DNA of 64,000 bases from Mantamonas sphyraenae STR306 (taxonomy: Eukaryota > Protista > CRuMs), in assembly GCA_026936335.1 (NCBI GenBank), contig JAPMXV010000033.1:124001-188000 (forward strand), read 5' to 3'. The translations under genes and the position numbers were made by a program. Of the stretch, positions 48,336 through 62,447 are shown piece by piece. Numbering within the stretch: the stretch's first letter is position 1; each line of letters starts with the position of its first letter. A model generated the notes under the pieces. The model saw only the letters and a list, made by a program, of their open reading frames with translations. It did not search any database and was not told the DNA's origin.

Positions 48336-49310
48336 ATGTCCACGGAAGCGCCGCTGGCTCAGCGCATCATGGGGGCCAAGGTGGAGGTGTCCACGGGCGG
48401 GGACACTGTGTATACAGGCACGGTGTACACCTACGACAGCGTCACGGGCATGCTGGTGCTGGGTAGGTTGGCGCGCCGACGCGTTTTGGGCCGAGAGGGC
48501 ATTTTGCGTACCATGCAACCACCGCGCTGACACACACGCAACACACATGCACACGCGCACTCCTGCGCAGAAACACGCCTGCCCAACGGCAAGTCGGACA
48601 TTGAAATCATCAAAACAAGCTGCGTGACCGATTTGACGGTGTTGGAGGAGGGAGACGCCGAGGAGAACGCGGCGCTGGTCGAATCCCAGCAGCTGGCCGG
48701 CCTTAATGTGGGCAAGGTCAAGTCCGAGGCCAAAAAGGCCCTGGCCAAGTACGGAGCGGGGGTGTCTTCCGAGGCACAGGCTCTGTTCTTTGGCATTGAT
48801 AAGATGTACGTGTGTGTGTGGCTACAGGGCGGTGTTTCCTGCGTTTTCCTGATGATCGTATTTGGCCCTCCGCTTTGTCCCCAGCCTGCTTGCCCCCCCC
48901 TGCGTGCTCCACGATCCTGTTGTCTGCGTTTCTTGGTGCCCACACACGACGGAATGTGATGATTGTAACAACTCGAATGTCTGGACTTCTGAACCCCGAT
49001 GAGAAAGAGTGATGGGCGCTACTTCCTAGGTGCTCCTGATTCCGTCGTGTTGTGGTGCTGCCCTTTCCCTCATCCATGTCCCTTGTGCGTTCCCATGATA
49101 CCATCACCCGCCTCTCACACAACCATGGACCCGCTTGTCGCCCGTAGTTATGATTGCAAGTGGGACGGAGACAGCATTATTGTCCTGGAACAGGTGTTTA
49201 TTGCCCCGCCGTACGAGGTGGACTCGGTCGTTGGCCCCGACGAAAAGATGGTTGCCATGATCAAAAAGGTGCTTGCCAAAGAGAGGGTCAAGCTGGGATT
49301 GGAAGAATGA
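48336..49310 (+). CDS. LSM12: LSM12-like protein (Sm fold + AD domain), 3 exons
   Basis: GAKVEV...YTGTVYTYD...LVL; GVSSEAQALF..I.K; C.W.G..IIVL..V.IAPPY. Confidence 0.8.
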
Positions 49311-49343
49311 ACGCTGTGCTATGAATGCCTGGTGTGGACCGCT

Positions 49344-52300
49344 TCATTTTGCTGCCGTTGTGATGCCGAAACTGTTGAGGACCGTGGAAGCACCGGTGGC
49401 CATAGCCGACAAGGCAATGGACAGCAGGGTGTTGGTCAATCCACTGGTCAACTCGATGCCCAACAGCGTGGGCGGATCGTCAAAGTGTTGCAGCACCTGG
49501 ATGAGATCCTGGATCAACACCATGGCCGACCGGTATCGCAATGCCTTTTCCGGATTCAACATGGCCACATTGGTGGAATGCAACAGGATGGCCACCCTGT
49601 ACTTCTCCTTGGACAGGATGGCAAGGTGCTTCCGTTGCTCCCTGTTGATCCCAGAGCCGGTGAACACCACTGCCAGCACCAACGATCCCAGAATGAGGAT
49701 GTCGTACATGTACAGCATGACCTTGGAACTGGACACGCCTCCCTGGAAGAAGGCAAGGGCTACGTTGACGGCAAAGTAGATGGTGAGGGCGAGGGAAACA
49801 CCCGCCGCCACCTCCAACCTCTTCAGTGCGGCTGCCTGGTACGACATGATGACATTGCGAAAGTAGAGCCAACGGCGTACGTCGTGTGTGCTCTGGCTCA
49901 TGTCCAGGCGGAACTTGGCTGTGGACGCGGCCGGTGTCAACTCCATCGTCTCCATGGCTTCGTCCTCCATGGACACCACGCTCTTGGCCGGATCAGTCAA
50001 CTTGGAGAACAGCTTCATGCTCAACAGACGTGCTTGGAACATGTCCACACCCTCCATCAGCAGGTAGAGGAAGAACGAACCGTAGACCCACGAGCAAATG
50101 ATGGTGCCCAACACCACCACATAGTGGTACCACTGCTGACCACCCCAAAAGTCACCTCCTTCCAGCATGACACGCAACATAGGCAATCCCAACGCATGCG
50201 GGGCAGCCACAAGCATGGCAATGAGCAGCCATCGGTTTTGGTGCAGGGCTTGGATTCCGGCATCCTCAAAGGTCTTGCCTTCATGCAACGGCACCTTGCG
50301 CAGATCCACATGCGAATCCACATCCTTGGGTTGGATGGCAAAGTAGATGGTAGCGGTGAGGGAGGCAGCCAGCCACCACGTGAACTGGCCCCACACCTCA
50401 TCCTCAGGGATGGCAGTCAGTTCCGTTCTGTACTCGTAATACGTAATCAATGTCAGGAGCAGGGTGGGATAACACATCACCAGCATGACAAGCAGCCACA
50501 CCTTGCTTGCGTCGGCCACCGATGTGGTGCGCGTGCGCAGGAAGCGTGCAAAGTTGCACACCAGCAGTGGAAACAGCAGCGTCACCACACAGTACGTGAC
50601 AATGCCAAAGTCGAACGTGAGGGCGTCGTACCTGCCACGGGAAAAGAACATGGACTCAAACGCCCCAAAGTCGCTCTTTTCTCGCTCGCGGTCCCGCTGC
50701 TTCAGCGTGGCCAATCGTGACAGGCTGTTTGCACTGTCCGACAGCCTGGAAAACTCGCCCTGTCGCATCAGTGCACGCACCTTGCGCCAATGTGCACGTG
50801 CACGTGCATTCGAGGAGCCCTTTTGCAGTTGCTGGTCCAATTTGTGCACCAGATCCAGTTGCATGGGTGGTGATCTGCCCAGCAACCGCCAATCCTCCTC
50901 CATCCCCTCCTCTTCCGAGCCCTCTTTGTCCCCATGGCTGCCTCGACGTCGCCTGCGCGTCCCATGTGTCCCGTGATTGTGTTTGGCAACCGATTTGATG
51001 TGCAGCATGGTGCCAAGACGCGATCCATGTGTGGTGGCATGCGTCGTCTCGTCTACGGTTCCACTGCCACTGCTTCCGGCTGTTGTTCCTTCACCCTTGT
51101 CTGCCATCAGCACCAGGGCCAATTCTGCGTCCTCCTCCTCATCGCCTGTGCTGGTGCTGTTCTCGCCACTGTGTGTGTCCAATGGTGTGGTGTGGTTGTC
51201 TTCTGGTGCATGCACAGCAACCACGGGCACCACACTGGCTTGTTGTGGTTCCTGTTTGGCTTTCCCCTTGTTGCCGTTGCCGTTGCCGTTGCCACTCTGT
51301 CCGCTGCTGTGCTTCTCCTGATGCTGTTCGTGGATGGTGTGTGCCACATGTTTGGCACTCTGCACACTCATCCACGTGTCATCATCTGCAAGCAACCGTT
51401 CACGCATCATCCTAGCCTGCTGCTTCCGTGTGGCCTTGATCAGCTCCCTTCCCAACCGCCCATTCTCCTCCTCCAACTCGGCCATCCTCGTCTCCATCTG
51501 CTTCTTCTCACGCACTGCCTTGGCCATACGCGATGCCATAAACTTGATGGCAACCAGGTTCAACCCCCCTTCCTTGGTCAGCCTTCGCAACGCCTGCACT
51601 GCCGCAAAGTCATGCATCACCTGACTTGCCTGCCGTTGGATGAGCAACAGGGGCAGTGTTTGCTCAGCTCCTCCAAGCTGCTCGTACGCCACCTCCACCG
51701 TCATCGTCTCCTCCAACCCACCCAACATCCCCTCGTCTGCATCCATGGCATGCAGGCCGTCACACAGTTGGAAGCGACTGGGAAACGGGATGTGGTGGGT
51801 CCTGCACAGCTTGTCGATCACCTGTCGCATCGTTGCCTTGCCTCGCACACGGACACTCAGGTCCTCCAGACCCACAAACTCCGATGAATCCGGCACCACC
51901 ACAAGCACCGTGTACATGGTTTCCATCTCTGTGCCAGCTCCTCCTGCTCCTCCTGCTCCTCCTGCTCCTTTCACACTGACAATTTCCTCATCTCCGTCAT
52001 CGCCGCGGATGCTGAGACTTCGCAGCAGCGCGTTGTCCTTCCCCCGCGCACCGGTAGGATCCACAATGTCTGCAAACGGCGACAGGAGCAACCGTTCCAA
52101 CTGTTTCATCTCTTCGTCTTCACCCATGGAGGAGGACGAGGAGGACGAGGATGAGGAGGACGTTTCTCGGTGTGTGTTGCGGAACAGCTTTTGCAGCGTC
52201 TCCAGCGCGAGATCACGCGTGCTGGCATTGCGAGAGTTGAGAAAGTCAAAGAGAGTGGCCACCATGTCATTCTCGATCAGGTACACTTTGTTTGCGTCTA

Positions 52301-53119
52301 GAACGGGGGAAGGGTCAGAGGACGTCCGGGATTCACCTCGCTACTCTCTGCACTCACCGTCGCTAGCCAGTACAGAGACACATGCCACCGTTTCTCGCTG
52401 CACCTCTTGGTTACCACGTGCCAGTCGGTGAAGCAAATTGCCCACGTTCCACTGCATCATGAGTTCGTGTGTGTTTTCTGCCGTCCAGGTGTCAGCCGTA
52501 CCGCACACCCCTCCAGCCGAATGCACACACACACACACACTCCCTCCTTCCAACTCACTGTTTTCACACAGCATCCGCAATGCCTTGGCCAAGGGCAAGA
52601 GCAAATCTGACGACGTGTTCTTGTCCATGCCAATCTCCACAGCCTTTGTGATGATCTGCGTGTTGCAGATCTTCTCGTGGTTGATTTCTGCCGTCCCACA
52701 TTCCCGTGTCAGCATGCCTCCATGCCTGTCGACACCTTCCCCCCCCCCGTCTCCTCCCCCTTTGGGGGTTCCAACCTACCAAACTCGGCGTACTGTGCCA
52801 CTGCGTACAGGGCCCGCTCTTGGGTGCGTGGTTCGGACAGGCCGTACACTATCTCCTTCACCCTGTAGGTGTCCAGAATGTCTGCCTCTGTGGGCATGCG
52901 CTTGCGTGGTTTCATGGCTTCCAAAGCCTCTCTTTCCACCATTTGCTCCAACTCTGCTTCGCTCAGCTGCTGGAATCCCTTTGTCTTTGAGGACGCTTTC
53001 GACGACGACGACGACGACGACCGCGGAGGGGCACCCCCACGTGCCTGACTGCCGCCACCATCCCCATGGGTCCCACCCATGAGACCAAACGATGCCTCAC
53101 CCGACTGTTGATTGCCCAT
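49344..53119 (-). CDS. Uncharacterised multi-pass membrane protein (N-terminal MGNQQS, ARM-like helices, coiled coil, C-terminal TM bundle), multi-exon
   Basis: 980-aa ORF with ~8-9 hydrophobic segments at the C-terminus. Upstream exons end at GTAGGT/GTGAGT donors. Exon structure is approximate. Confidence 0.65.
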
Positions 53120-53163
53120 TTTGGGGGGGGGGTGAAATTTCTGCATTGCGGTGCGCGACCCCC

Positions 53164-55551
53164 TCACCACCTGGTGATTGCCATGACCAACACCTTGTCT
53201 GTCCATGTTTGCCACTGTTCGTCGATGCCATCCACCAGCATGGAGTCTGTGGAGCCCTGGGATTGTGTGGTGTGTGCCCACAGTCCCGTTTGGTTTGCTG
53301 CCACGCTCTTCTGCAGCCCCACGAATGCCTCTGCATGCCTATCCCGTGCCTCGTGCTTGCCCAGTGCCTGATACACCTGTGCCAATAAATACTCACATTG
53401 CATGCGTTTGGCTCGTGCGTCTTGCGCCTCGAGCCATCGCGACGCCTTTGTCAAGAATCCGCGTGCCTGCTCCATGCACCCGTGTGCCATCACACATTGT
53501 CCCATGCACAGATACGTGTTTCCCAGAATGCCTGCGTTCCCGTTGCTGTGGATGCGTGGCAGGTTGGCACGCAGCAGCGCAAAGGCCTTGGCTGTCGCTC
53601 CCAGCTGCAGCTGTGATTGCGCCAACAGCTGCAGAGCCACCAGCCACAGCGACTGCAAATGGTACCGTTCGCACAACGAAAGACCAGCGAGGGCATAGGG
53701 TACGGCAGAGAACACTGCGCCTGCGTTGAGGTGCATTTCGGCAAGCAGCAACTGAAAGGCAACGCTGTGCATGACCCTGCCCGTGCCCACACATTCTGCC
53801 ATGGCTCGCTTGGCTGTTCCAAACGCCTCCTGGGGATTGCTCTCCATCAGAAGGGCAATGTGACGGAAGGTGTTTTGCATGTGTGCGTCAAAGAAGGAGG
53901 CCGGATTGCCACCCTGCATCACCGCCTCCATGTGTCTGCACAACCACTCGGCCACCTCCCGTCGTCCCTGGTTCACTGCCACCTCGTGTAGGATCTGTGT
54001 GGTGACGTAATGCCACTCTGTGGGTGCACCGTAGCGCCAACGCATGCGTGCCTGCACCAACACATCCAACGCGCGTTTGCTCTCGCCACTGCTGTGCATC
54101 AGCGATGCCAGATTGCACATGGCCACACATGCATCCTCCTGGTTGCTGGGCGACCCCTGGTCTCGTTCAAAGGCCAGCTGTAGCTGGGCGTACAAGGACA
54201 CCATGTGTGGGACGCCGTATCGACTCCACAGAGCTGCGTGTGCCAGGTGGCCCTTGCCAGCCAGACCTGCTGCCTTGGCATCACTGGACAGGGCACTCAC
54301 GGTGGCTCCCTGGTGAAGGTGGACAGCACATGCAGGGGCAACAGGGCAAGTGCGTTGGGATGCGTGCTGGCCGAGATGGTGTTCAACGCATGCAGATAGT
54401 CCAGGGACAGACCACGTGCACGTGCCACACAGCGTTCCATCAGCGCCTGCTGGCGACGAGGCAACGAGGCACCTGCAGGGAGGGCGCCCATGATGGTGTG
54501 CAACCACGACAGGGCGTGGCTCAGGCACACGTCGTCGTTCATCTGCTGCGCCGTGCGTACACACTCGTAGATGGCCTGCAATGCCTGATCCAGGTGTCCA
54601 AAGTGGTAATACAGAGCTGCCAGGTTGAGGATGGCAAACTGGATCTGCGAACGCCCGTTTCCCACCCCTGGTGAACGACTGCAATAGTCAAAGTAGCGAT
54701 GGAGGGCATCGAGAGCACCCTGGAATTCACGTGTGTGGATGTGTCGCACATAGTTGAGAAAGTGCACCTGGGGCACTTGGGGCGCTGCCTTGAGCAGTTG
54801 GTGCAACTCGGCGTCCAACTGCTCCACACTCCGCCATGCCATCGCATTGGCCATCTGCATCGTCTCTGCCTGCACAAACTGCTGCAATTCGTGTGCAGAC
54901 ACTGTCTGGTGCATCACTTCCCTCTCTTCCCGCCGTCCTTGCGACACAAACGCGGCCACCTCCTCCAGCAGCCGTCCCAGGTCGTCAAAGTCCATCTCCT
55001 CAAATGCATACAGCATTTTGCGCAGAAACACACCCAACACACTGCGCATTTCCACCGCACCCATCCTTCCTCGAAACTCTGCTCCTTCCCGTGTCAGCCT
55101 CGGCTGGTGAGGACGGTGGAGTTGTGGTTTTGGCGCCAACCCCGACATCCCCCGCACCACTCACCTGCAATCCACACAAATATGTCATCAATGCACTCCA
55201 ACCGAGTCAACTGATGTCCACACCCGCCCATATGTGTCAGTGTGTGTCTTCCTCTCTGTGCACCCTCACACAAGGCGTTGAACACCCCCCGAACCCTACC
55301 CGTTCCTCGAGAAACTCTGCCAATTCGTCGCCACCGGGGGAGCGCAGAGCACGCAGACTGCTCTGAATGTCTGCCAACGAAGGTTCCAACGATTTGCTTG
55401 TGTCCTGCACTGCCTTTACAATCAGCAGGGTCAGTTCGCCACGCAGTGGGTAGGCAATCTCCAACGCGTTGTCCGCCCCTTCTCTGGGTGCCACCCCGGG
55501 GATCAGTGTCATGTACGCCATATTGGCTGGTGTCAGCCGAGGCGTCTGCAT
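53164..55551 (-). CDS. ANAPC5: Anaphase-promoting complex subunit 5, multi-exon
   Basis: SVLGVFLRK...F..M.F, REFQGALDALHRYFDY and QFAILNLAALYYHFGH...ECVRTAQQMND.VCL.HAL.WL, followed by TPRs. Start codon inferred. Confidence 0.88.
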
Positions 55552-55643
55552 TGGGATGTGGAATCTGTGCAGGTAGGTTTTGTGTGTGGTGCCCTGCGCA
55601 GCGCAGGTTGACGCAACGCAAAACGTCACCCAGGTTGAAGGCA

Positions 55644-56740
55644 ATGTGGACTCGACGCATCCGGCCTGCGTGTCGACTGGTCGTCAATGTGACACCATCG
55701 GGTTGCAGTCGAACCAGGGGAATGGGAATGGGAATGGTCCGTGTGCATGGCATCACCACCAGCTCCACCATCTGTGGCGAAGTGCTTGCTGCACCCGTTT
55801 GCGTTTCGGCCATCAGACACGTCACCACACATCAACAACACAGCCACACACACAACACTCCTCATTTCCCTTCGGGTATTGTGTTGCGTGGCATGCACTC
55901 GTCGCCGTCTTCACCTGCCTCCTCCCAGGAGGGTGACAACAACAACGACGCGCCCTCCTCCTCCTCCTCCTCTTCCACCAACAAGCGCAAACGGCCCTCC
56001 TCCCTCCTGGAATACTCCATTTTCAAAGCACCCAACCTCATCACCATGGGGCGTATTCTGGCCACCCCGTACGTGGGTTACCTCATTGTTTCTGGCGCAT
56101 ATCCAGCTGCTGTGGGTGCTCTATTTATTGCCGGCATGTCCGACTGGCTCGACGGCTTCCTGGCCACCCGTTTCGACATGAAAACGGTTCTCGGTTCCTT
56201 CCTGGATCCTCTGGCTGACAAAGTGCTCATGACCACCCTCATGATCACTCTTGGGTACCAGCAGCTGATTCCACGTGGGTTGTTCTGGGTTGATTGATGA
56301 TTGATGGCTCTGATCCTGTCTGACCACTCTGCACACACACACACTCACACTCACACACACCCCCCTCTTTACACCTGACAGTGCCTCTGGTGGGCATTGT
56401 GCTCTATCGTGACGTGATGCTTGTGGGAGGTGCGTTTGTGCACCGTTTGCGTTCCATGCCCCCCAACTTCACCGTGAGTGACTTCTTCGCTGTGGCCCAG
56501 CAAAAGACCATTGAGATCCAACCATCGAACCTGTCCAAGATCAACACAGCCTTGCAACTGGCCCTGGGGGGCATGACCCTCCTCACTGCTGCCATGGAGG
56601 TCGGCGACCCTTACCATCTCTACCCTGTGCTCTGGTGGACAGTGGCCCTCACCACTCTCGGTTCGGGCCTTGATTACTGGCATCGCAGTCGCGAGACCAT
56701 GCGTCTCCTCAACGACACCCAACGCCAGACAAAAGAGTGA
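55644..56740 (+). CDS. CRLS1: Cardiolipin synthase-like CDP-alcohol phosphatidyltransferase, 2 exons
   Basis: PNLITMGRI, SDWLDGFLA.RF....LGSFLDPLADK and PS.LSKINTALQL. Arg-rich N-terminus. Confidence 0.82.
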
Positions 56741-56783
56741 CGATGAGTTGAATGATTTCATGTCCTGCTTCCACTTCTCTCTC

Positions 56784-58027
56784 TTATCCGTTGCGTGCAA
56801 AGTACTCCTTGGCCTTGTCGGGATGGGCGACCATGGTTTCGCTGCCAGGCTTCCAGTTGGCCGGGCACACGACGTCGTGGGTGTCTGCAAACTGGAAGGC
56901 CTTGATGAGACGCAGGGTTTCGTCCACACTGCGTCCCACGGGCAAATCGTTGACTGTCATCTGACGCAACACACCCTTGGGATCGATAATAAACAGGCCA
57001 CGCAGGGCCACGCCTGCATCGTCACCCTCCTCCAGCAACACGCCGTAACTCTTGCTGATCTGCTTCGTCAGGTCACTCAGAAGCGGAAAGTTGATTTTGC
57101 CCAGTCCTCCCTTGTTGCGTGGTGTGTTCATCCACGCACTGTGTGTGTACTTGCTGTCGATGCTCACTCCCAGCACCGTGGCGTCGATCTCCTCAAACTC
57201 CGACAGCCGGTCGCTGAACGCAATGATTTCAGTGGGGCACACAAACGTGAAATCCATCGGATAGAACAGCAGCACCAGCCACTTGCCTGGTGCACATGGG
57301 TTGTGTGCGTTGTGTTGTGTTGTGTGTGTGTGTGTGTGTTTGCCCCTTTCGGTGTTAGCCACCCCGCCTTGCGTGTTTCCGGCTCCAACACCCGATTGCG
57401 TCACTTTCCGTCCCGGCCTCCACACACGCAAGGCCGCCCATGCATGCCCCATGGACACTTCCACGTGGGCCATGCTTCACTGGTGTGTGCATTCACGCCG
57501 TAGGTGACCCACACCAGTGTGTGCACATGGCCCCCCGAGCTGCCTGCCTTTTGGCACTCTGATTGATTCCGCGCCAAAAGCAACTCTCCCGCTGGTGTCG
57601 TCATCAGCATACCCAGACCCCCTCCCCACACACACAGATGTCACCCAACCGTCTATTCCCATTGTTGTGTGCCTCAGTGTGCCACATGTGCACGGGACAT
57701 CCACTCACCTCGGTACTGCTCCAGAGTGAGGCGGGAGAAGCCGTCCTGGGCGTTGGGATCAGCGGCGTCTGCAGCAAAGGACGGGGCAGGCTGCTGAACA
57801 CGGGCTTTGGAAGGGCAAGGCTTGTCACACGAGGACACAAAGGTGACCTTGTTCCCAGCCAGTTTGCCCTGGGCACCCTCTGGGATGACACTGCTGTCCT
57901 CGGTGGTGGTCATGTGCTGCACCCCTGCCTGGGCATGCACACAGCACACAGTCAGTGCAATGAGCAGCAACAACGTGGTGCGTGTCCTACCACCACCACC
58001 ACCACCACCACCAATCCTCGACCACAT
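56784..58027 (-). CDS. Typical 2-Cys peroxiredoxin with a signal-like N-terminus (PRDX4-like); intron ~57709-57288
   Basis: [39 protein letters not shown] and VCPANW. Confidence 0.93.
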
Positions 58028-58220
58028 GTGCGATGCTGTTGTTGTCTGCATTCCAGGTCTTTTTGGTGGTTGCAATGCTGCTCCATGCATCCATGCAATG
58101 CCATCCTTCACACTGTGCCCACCCCCCCCCCGTTCCCCATTTCCCCTCTTGCAGACCATCCAATCCTTCCCTTCCCCTCACCCCCCCCCTTGCCTGACCA
58201 AAGCAAAACCGGACAGAGAC

Positions 58221-60913
58221 ATGGTGAGGTTCCTTGCCACTCTTTGCACACACACACACACACGCAACCACTCACACATGCATCATACCACCTCCCCCCC
58301 ACACACACACACTCTCTCTCTCACTAATAGGGACGAGTCAATTCTCTCGTGCAGTACTCGGAGCTTGTCCTGACCTTCCTCCAGTGTACGTGGCTCCCGC
58401 CAACTTCTGTTCAAAACGCCCCCCAGTGTCTCACACCCCCCCACACGCACAGACATCTCCCTCGTCAACCAAATCGAGGTTGCCTGGCCCGAACAATGGC
58501 GCATCTTTATCAATTGGGTAGGTTATCATGTGTGTATCTCCTCTCCTTGGCCCTTCCCCAGCCACTTGCCCTTCCGCCTGCCGTTTTCGAACAGCTCCTG
58601 GAATTTGGCGCGTGGCGTCGCTCTGACACACACCCCACCCCGCCCGCGTCTCCATCCCTTTACCCCCCCCCTCCTCCCCCCACCGCTTGCTTGGAACACA
58701 CACGCCGATAGACCGATCTGATCAACATCAACCTGCGTATCCAGCTGCCCAACTTCCCCGTGTTTGACTTTCGCGTCCACTTCATCTTCATGACGATTGT
58801 GCTGCCCCTGTTGGCTGCCTTCTTCATGCTCATCATCTACAACCCGTTCCTCTTTGTCATTTGGTACTTCATCCTGCTCACCTCGCTGGCGGTGCTCCTT
58901 GCTGGTCTGGTGCTGCTGTTCCTGCCCTCGGCGGTGCAGGCCACCAATGCCCCACCCACACAACCCACCATCATTGCTGGTGCCGTGGGACTCGTCCTCT
59001 GTGCCATCCTCTACTTCACCTTTGCACGCATCTCCAAGAAGAACAGGCGTGACGAGTACTACAGCAGCGAGGAGGGCCTGAAGGAGCTGCAACGGGAGGA
59101 CAGCACCTCGGTGATGGATGGCATTCGACACGCCGTCAAAAACTTCACTCTGGAAGCAGAGGTGAATCGTATGAAGGAGAGGGAGGAGTACATGTACCAT
59201 CGTAGCACGACACTGATTGTGCGTGACACGGTGATCACCACCGTGCTGGTCGTGGCTGGGTTGGCCTCCATTGGTCTCCTCAATGGCAGTTCTGTGGGTC
59301 GTCGTGTGGCCCAGACCACACTCAGTGTGTTGGGTGACAGTTTGGGCACCCTGCTCATTGTCCTTGCCGCCATTGCCTTTGGGCATCTCGTCCTCTCCCT
59401 GTTTCCCGCCGGCCGTTCCATCCTGTGGAGCATCAAGAAGCCGCTGCGCAACAACTTTGTCAAGGTGATGGTTGTCCTCCTCACCCTCCTGTACATTCCC
59501 ATCACCAACACCATCATGAATGCGGTGGTGTGCCAGGACAGCACCTGCCCCGCAGGCACCACCTTCTACGACAAGAACGGCGTGTACGACCGTGACAGCA
59601 CCGCAGAGGTGCTTCCCTCCCAACTCTGCGAACCTTGCAACTTCCAACACAGCTGTCCCATGGCCAACACCCTGTGTCCCGGTGGCACCCAGGCTCGCCT
59701 TGCCGCCGATGTCTCCTTTGCCTGCCAGGACACAAACTCCTACCTTGTGCCCATTGCGGGCATCATGACTGTGGCCTTTGTGTTGGGTGTGCCTGCCTTT
59801 TACGCACGCGTCGTGCGCTACCACTACCAGGTGCTCAACAAGGTGCGTGTGGAAACCGCCGAGACGTGGGACAAGGCCATTGAGGAGACGCACAACACCG
59901 TGAAACACCTGTATGCCCCCTTTGAGGAGGATTGGGTCTACTGGAAGATTGGTCTGGTTCTGCAGAAGCTCTTTATTGTGCTGGTGCTGCGTCTGTTCAC
60001 CGGTGCCACCACCCTGGTCTGCATCCTCACGGTGGCCATCCATCTCGTGGCCTTTGTCTGGCACATGTACGCCCAACCGTACATTGAGCCCATGCAGGAT
60101 CTCCTCTCCACTGCCACCAACCTGTGCAACACCCTCAATGCCATCGCCGCCCTCCTGCTGGTCTTTCGCGTCGATCTGCCCGTCCTCGTCTTTGTCATCC
60201 TCGTCTTTGTCAACCTCGTCCTGCCCATTGTCGGCCTCATTGTCGGCAAGAGCCAGGAGATCGGTGCACGTGACGCAGACGTGCTCGATGCTCTCGATCG
60301 GGGCGACAAGGTGCCCGACAACGCCAACGCGGGCAAGAGCCGCGAGGTCATTGAGAAGAACCAGGAGGCGTGGCAGAATGTGGACTATGACATCATCGAG
60401 TGGAGCAACAGCAACGTCTCTCGCTTCTTTGTCATCCTCGGCGTCTTTGCCTTTCTCGCCCTTGTGTTTGCCCTGGTCGGCGTGCTCAACACCCAGAGTT
60501 CCTCCACCGCCGTCTACCACTCCTTCCGCACCTCTACAGACACCAACACAACCGCACCCACACAGGCCGAGCTCACCCAGTTTGAGTTTGTCGGCTACAG
60601 CAACTGGCAGACCTTTTCCAACAGCTGCTGTTGCCAGCCCGGCCCATCCTTCAACAACGAACGGGTCGAGCTATGGCGATGCTCCAACGGTTTCAGCAAA
60701 CAACGCCTGCGTGTGCAAGACAACACAGGCGGCGGTGGCACACAGTCGGGTCTTGCCCTTCGCCCATTCTGCTCGCGTACGTTTGCCCCGGGTGTGTGCG
60801 AGCCAAGCTTTGACGTCGTCAACGCAGACTTCCGCGTCGTCCTCTCGTCGGCCTGTGGAGGGTCCTTCAATGGCACAGACCCTGGCGTGGCCGTGCGCAG
60901 CAACCTGTGGTAG
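58221..60913 (+). CDS. Uncharacterised multi-pass membrane protein with Cys-rich extracellular loops; 5' exons approximate
   Basis: 717-aa ORF with many TM segments and an LY..F....YW motif. Upstream ATG|GTGAGG and small in-frame exons (I...WP..W). Confidence 0.65.
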
Positions 60914-61021
60914 GTACAACCCTTTCAACAATACAATGTGGAAATTTTGATTCATGTGTAAATCGAGCAACTGTGTGGTTGGATGCCATTTGGGTGTCAA
61001 TCAAAATTTCAATCCCTTTTC

Positions 61022-62412
61022 TCACGACGAGTCCTCGTTCCACATGCGCCAGGCCTTCATCATGGTCAGGCGGCGGTCAAACTTGTCGCCAACAAACTCG
61101 AGCCTTTGTCCGTTGCCCGGGTCGCGGATGCGCAACTCCTTGCCGACGTTGATGCCGGCGAGCCCCATGCCCAGCAGACGGATGACGTCGCTGGTCTCGG
61201 TGAGGGCGGGCTGATCCGTTCGCTTGGAGTAGGGCTTCTGAGCAAGGTAGACGGCCAATCGCACGGTGTTGCCGTCGGTGTCCAGGGCGTCCATGTGCCC
61301 TGCAGGCAGGAGGCCGCCGTGGCGCTGGGCGTCGGCAAAGTCAATGGTGCCTTCGCCAAACTCGTAGGGGCTGCGCTCGGAAGAGCTGGTGGCCTGGTCG
61401 TTGAAGAGGTGGTTGTAGAAGGAGTCGCAGAGACGCACGCTGGGACTGCCGTCGCGGTCGACCCAAGCAAAGCTCATGGTGTGCTCCTCGATGACATTGA
61501 GGAGCTGGAGGGAGACGACGTCGTCCATGTCCGGAAGCACAGGGACACCATCGACATTGTCCATGCCCCAGTAGCTTGTCTCTGCGTTCCAGTACGGGGT
61601 GACACTGCGCACGGAGCCGTCCTTGTAGGTGACGAGAAGGGTGCTGTTCTGCAGCTCATAGTCACGCAGGGGTGAACCTTCCAAGAGATGCTGGAGGGTG
61701 TACTCACGCACACTGGGCACAAAGTCACTCTCGGGGGCATAGCCTGTGGGCTGGTACTTGTCGTCCATCTGGACCTCGGCCATGACACTGACATGGGCAC
61801 AACGCACCTGGTAGCCCAACAAACGGGGCAACTCCACAGACACAATGGACTCGTAGCGAGCGAGGGCACCTTGGTTGGCCAGATCCACGAGCTCAGCAGC
61901 CTCGGTGAGGAGGAGACGTGCGCGTCGGAATTGCCAGTAGTCAAAGAAGGCCTGGAGAGCCACGCCATGCTCACGACAGTCGCCAAAGAAGAGGAGAGAG
62001 GCAGAGACGTTGGTGATGCACTGCGTGCCCTTGCGGTTGGTTCGGGGAATGCCAGCCAGACGGATGGCCGCGTCGGAGATGGCATCGAACTGTTCGTGCA
62101 TGGGCGAGTGGAGGTCCTGCAGCTCATGGGTGCGGAAACAGGTTCGAATGTAGGGAGTGGCAGCACGCACAAACTCCTCAGGGTCGGTGATGTGTTGCAA
62201 CGACCAGTTTTCCAACAGCTGCTCAAACACCACAGAGTCCACCTTGGACACAATCTGGTCGGGCACACGTGCACCCACAAGGGACAAGCCACCCGGGATG
62301 AAGTAGGGGCGAGGGGAATCCACCATGCCACGCAGGGAAAAGGTGTGTTCCACAAATGTGCGATACGCTTGTGCCAGCACATCCTCCTCCTGCTCCTCCT
62401 TCTCGCTGCTGC

Positions 62413-62447
<35 letters not shown>

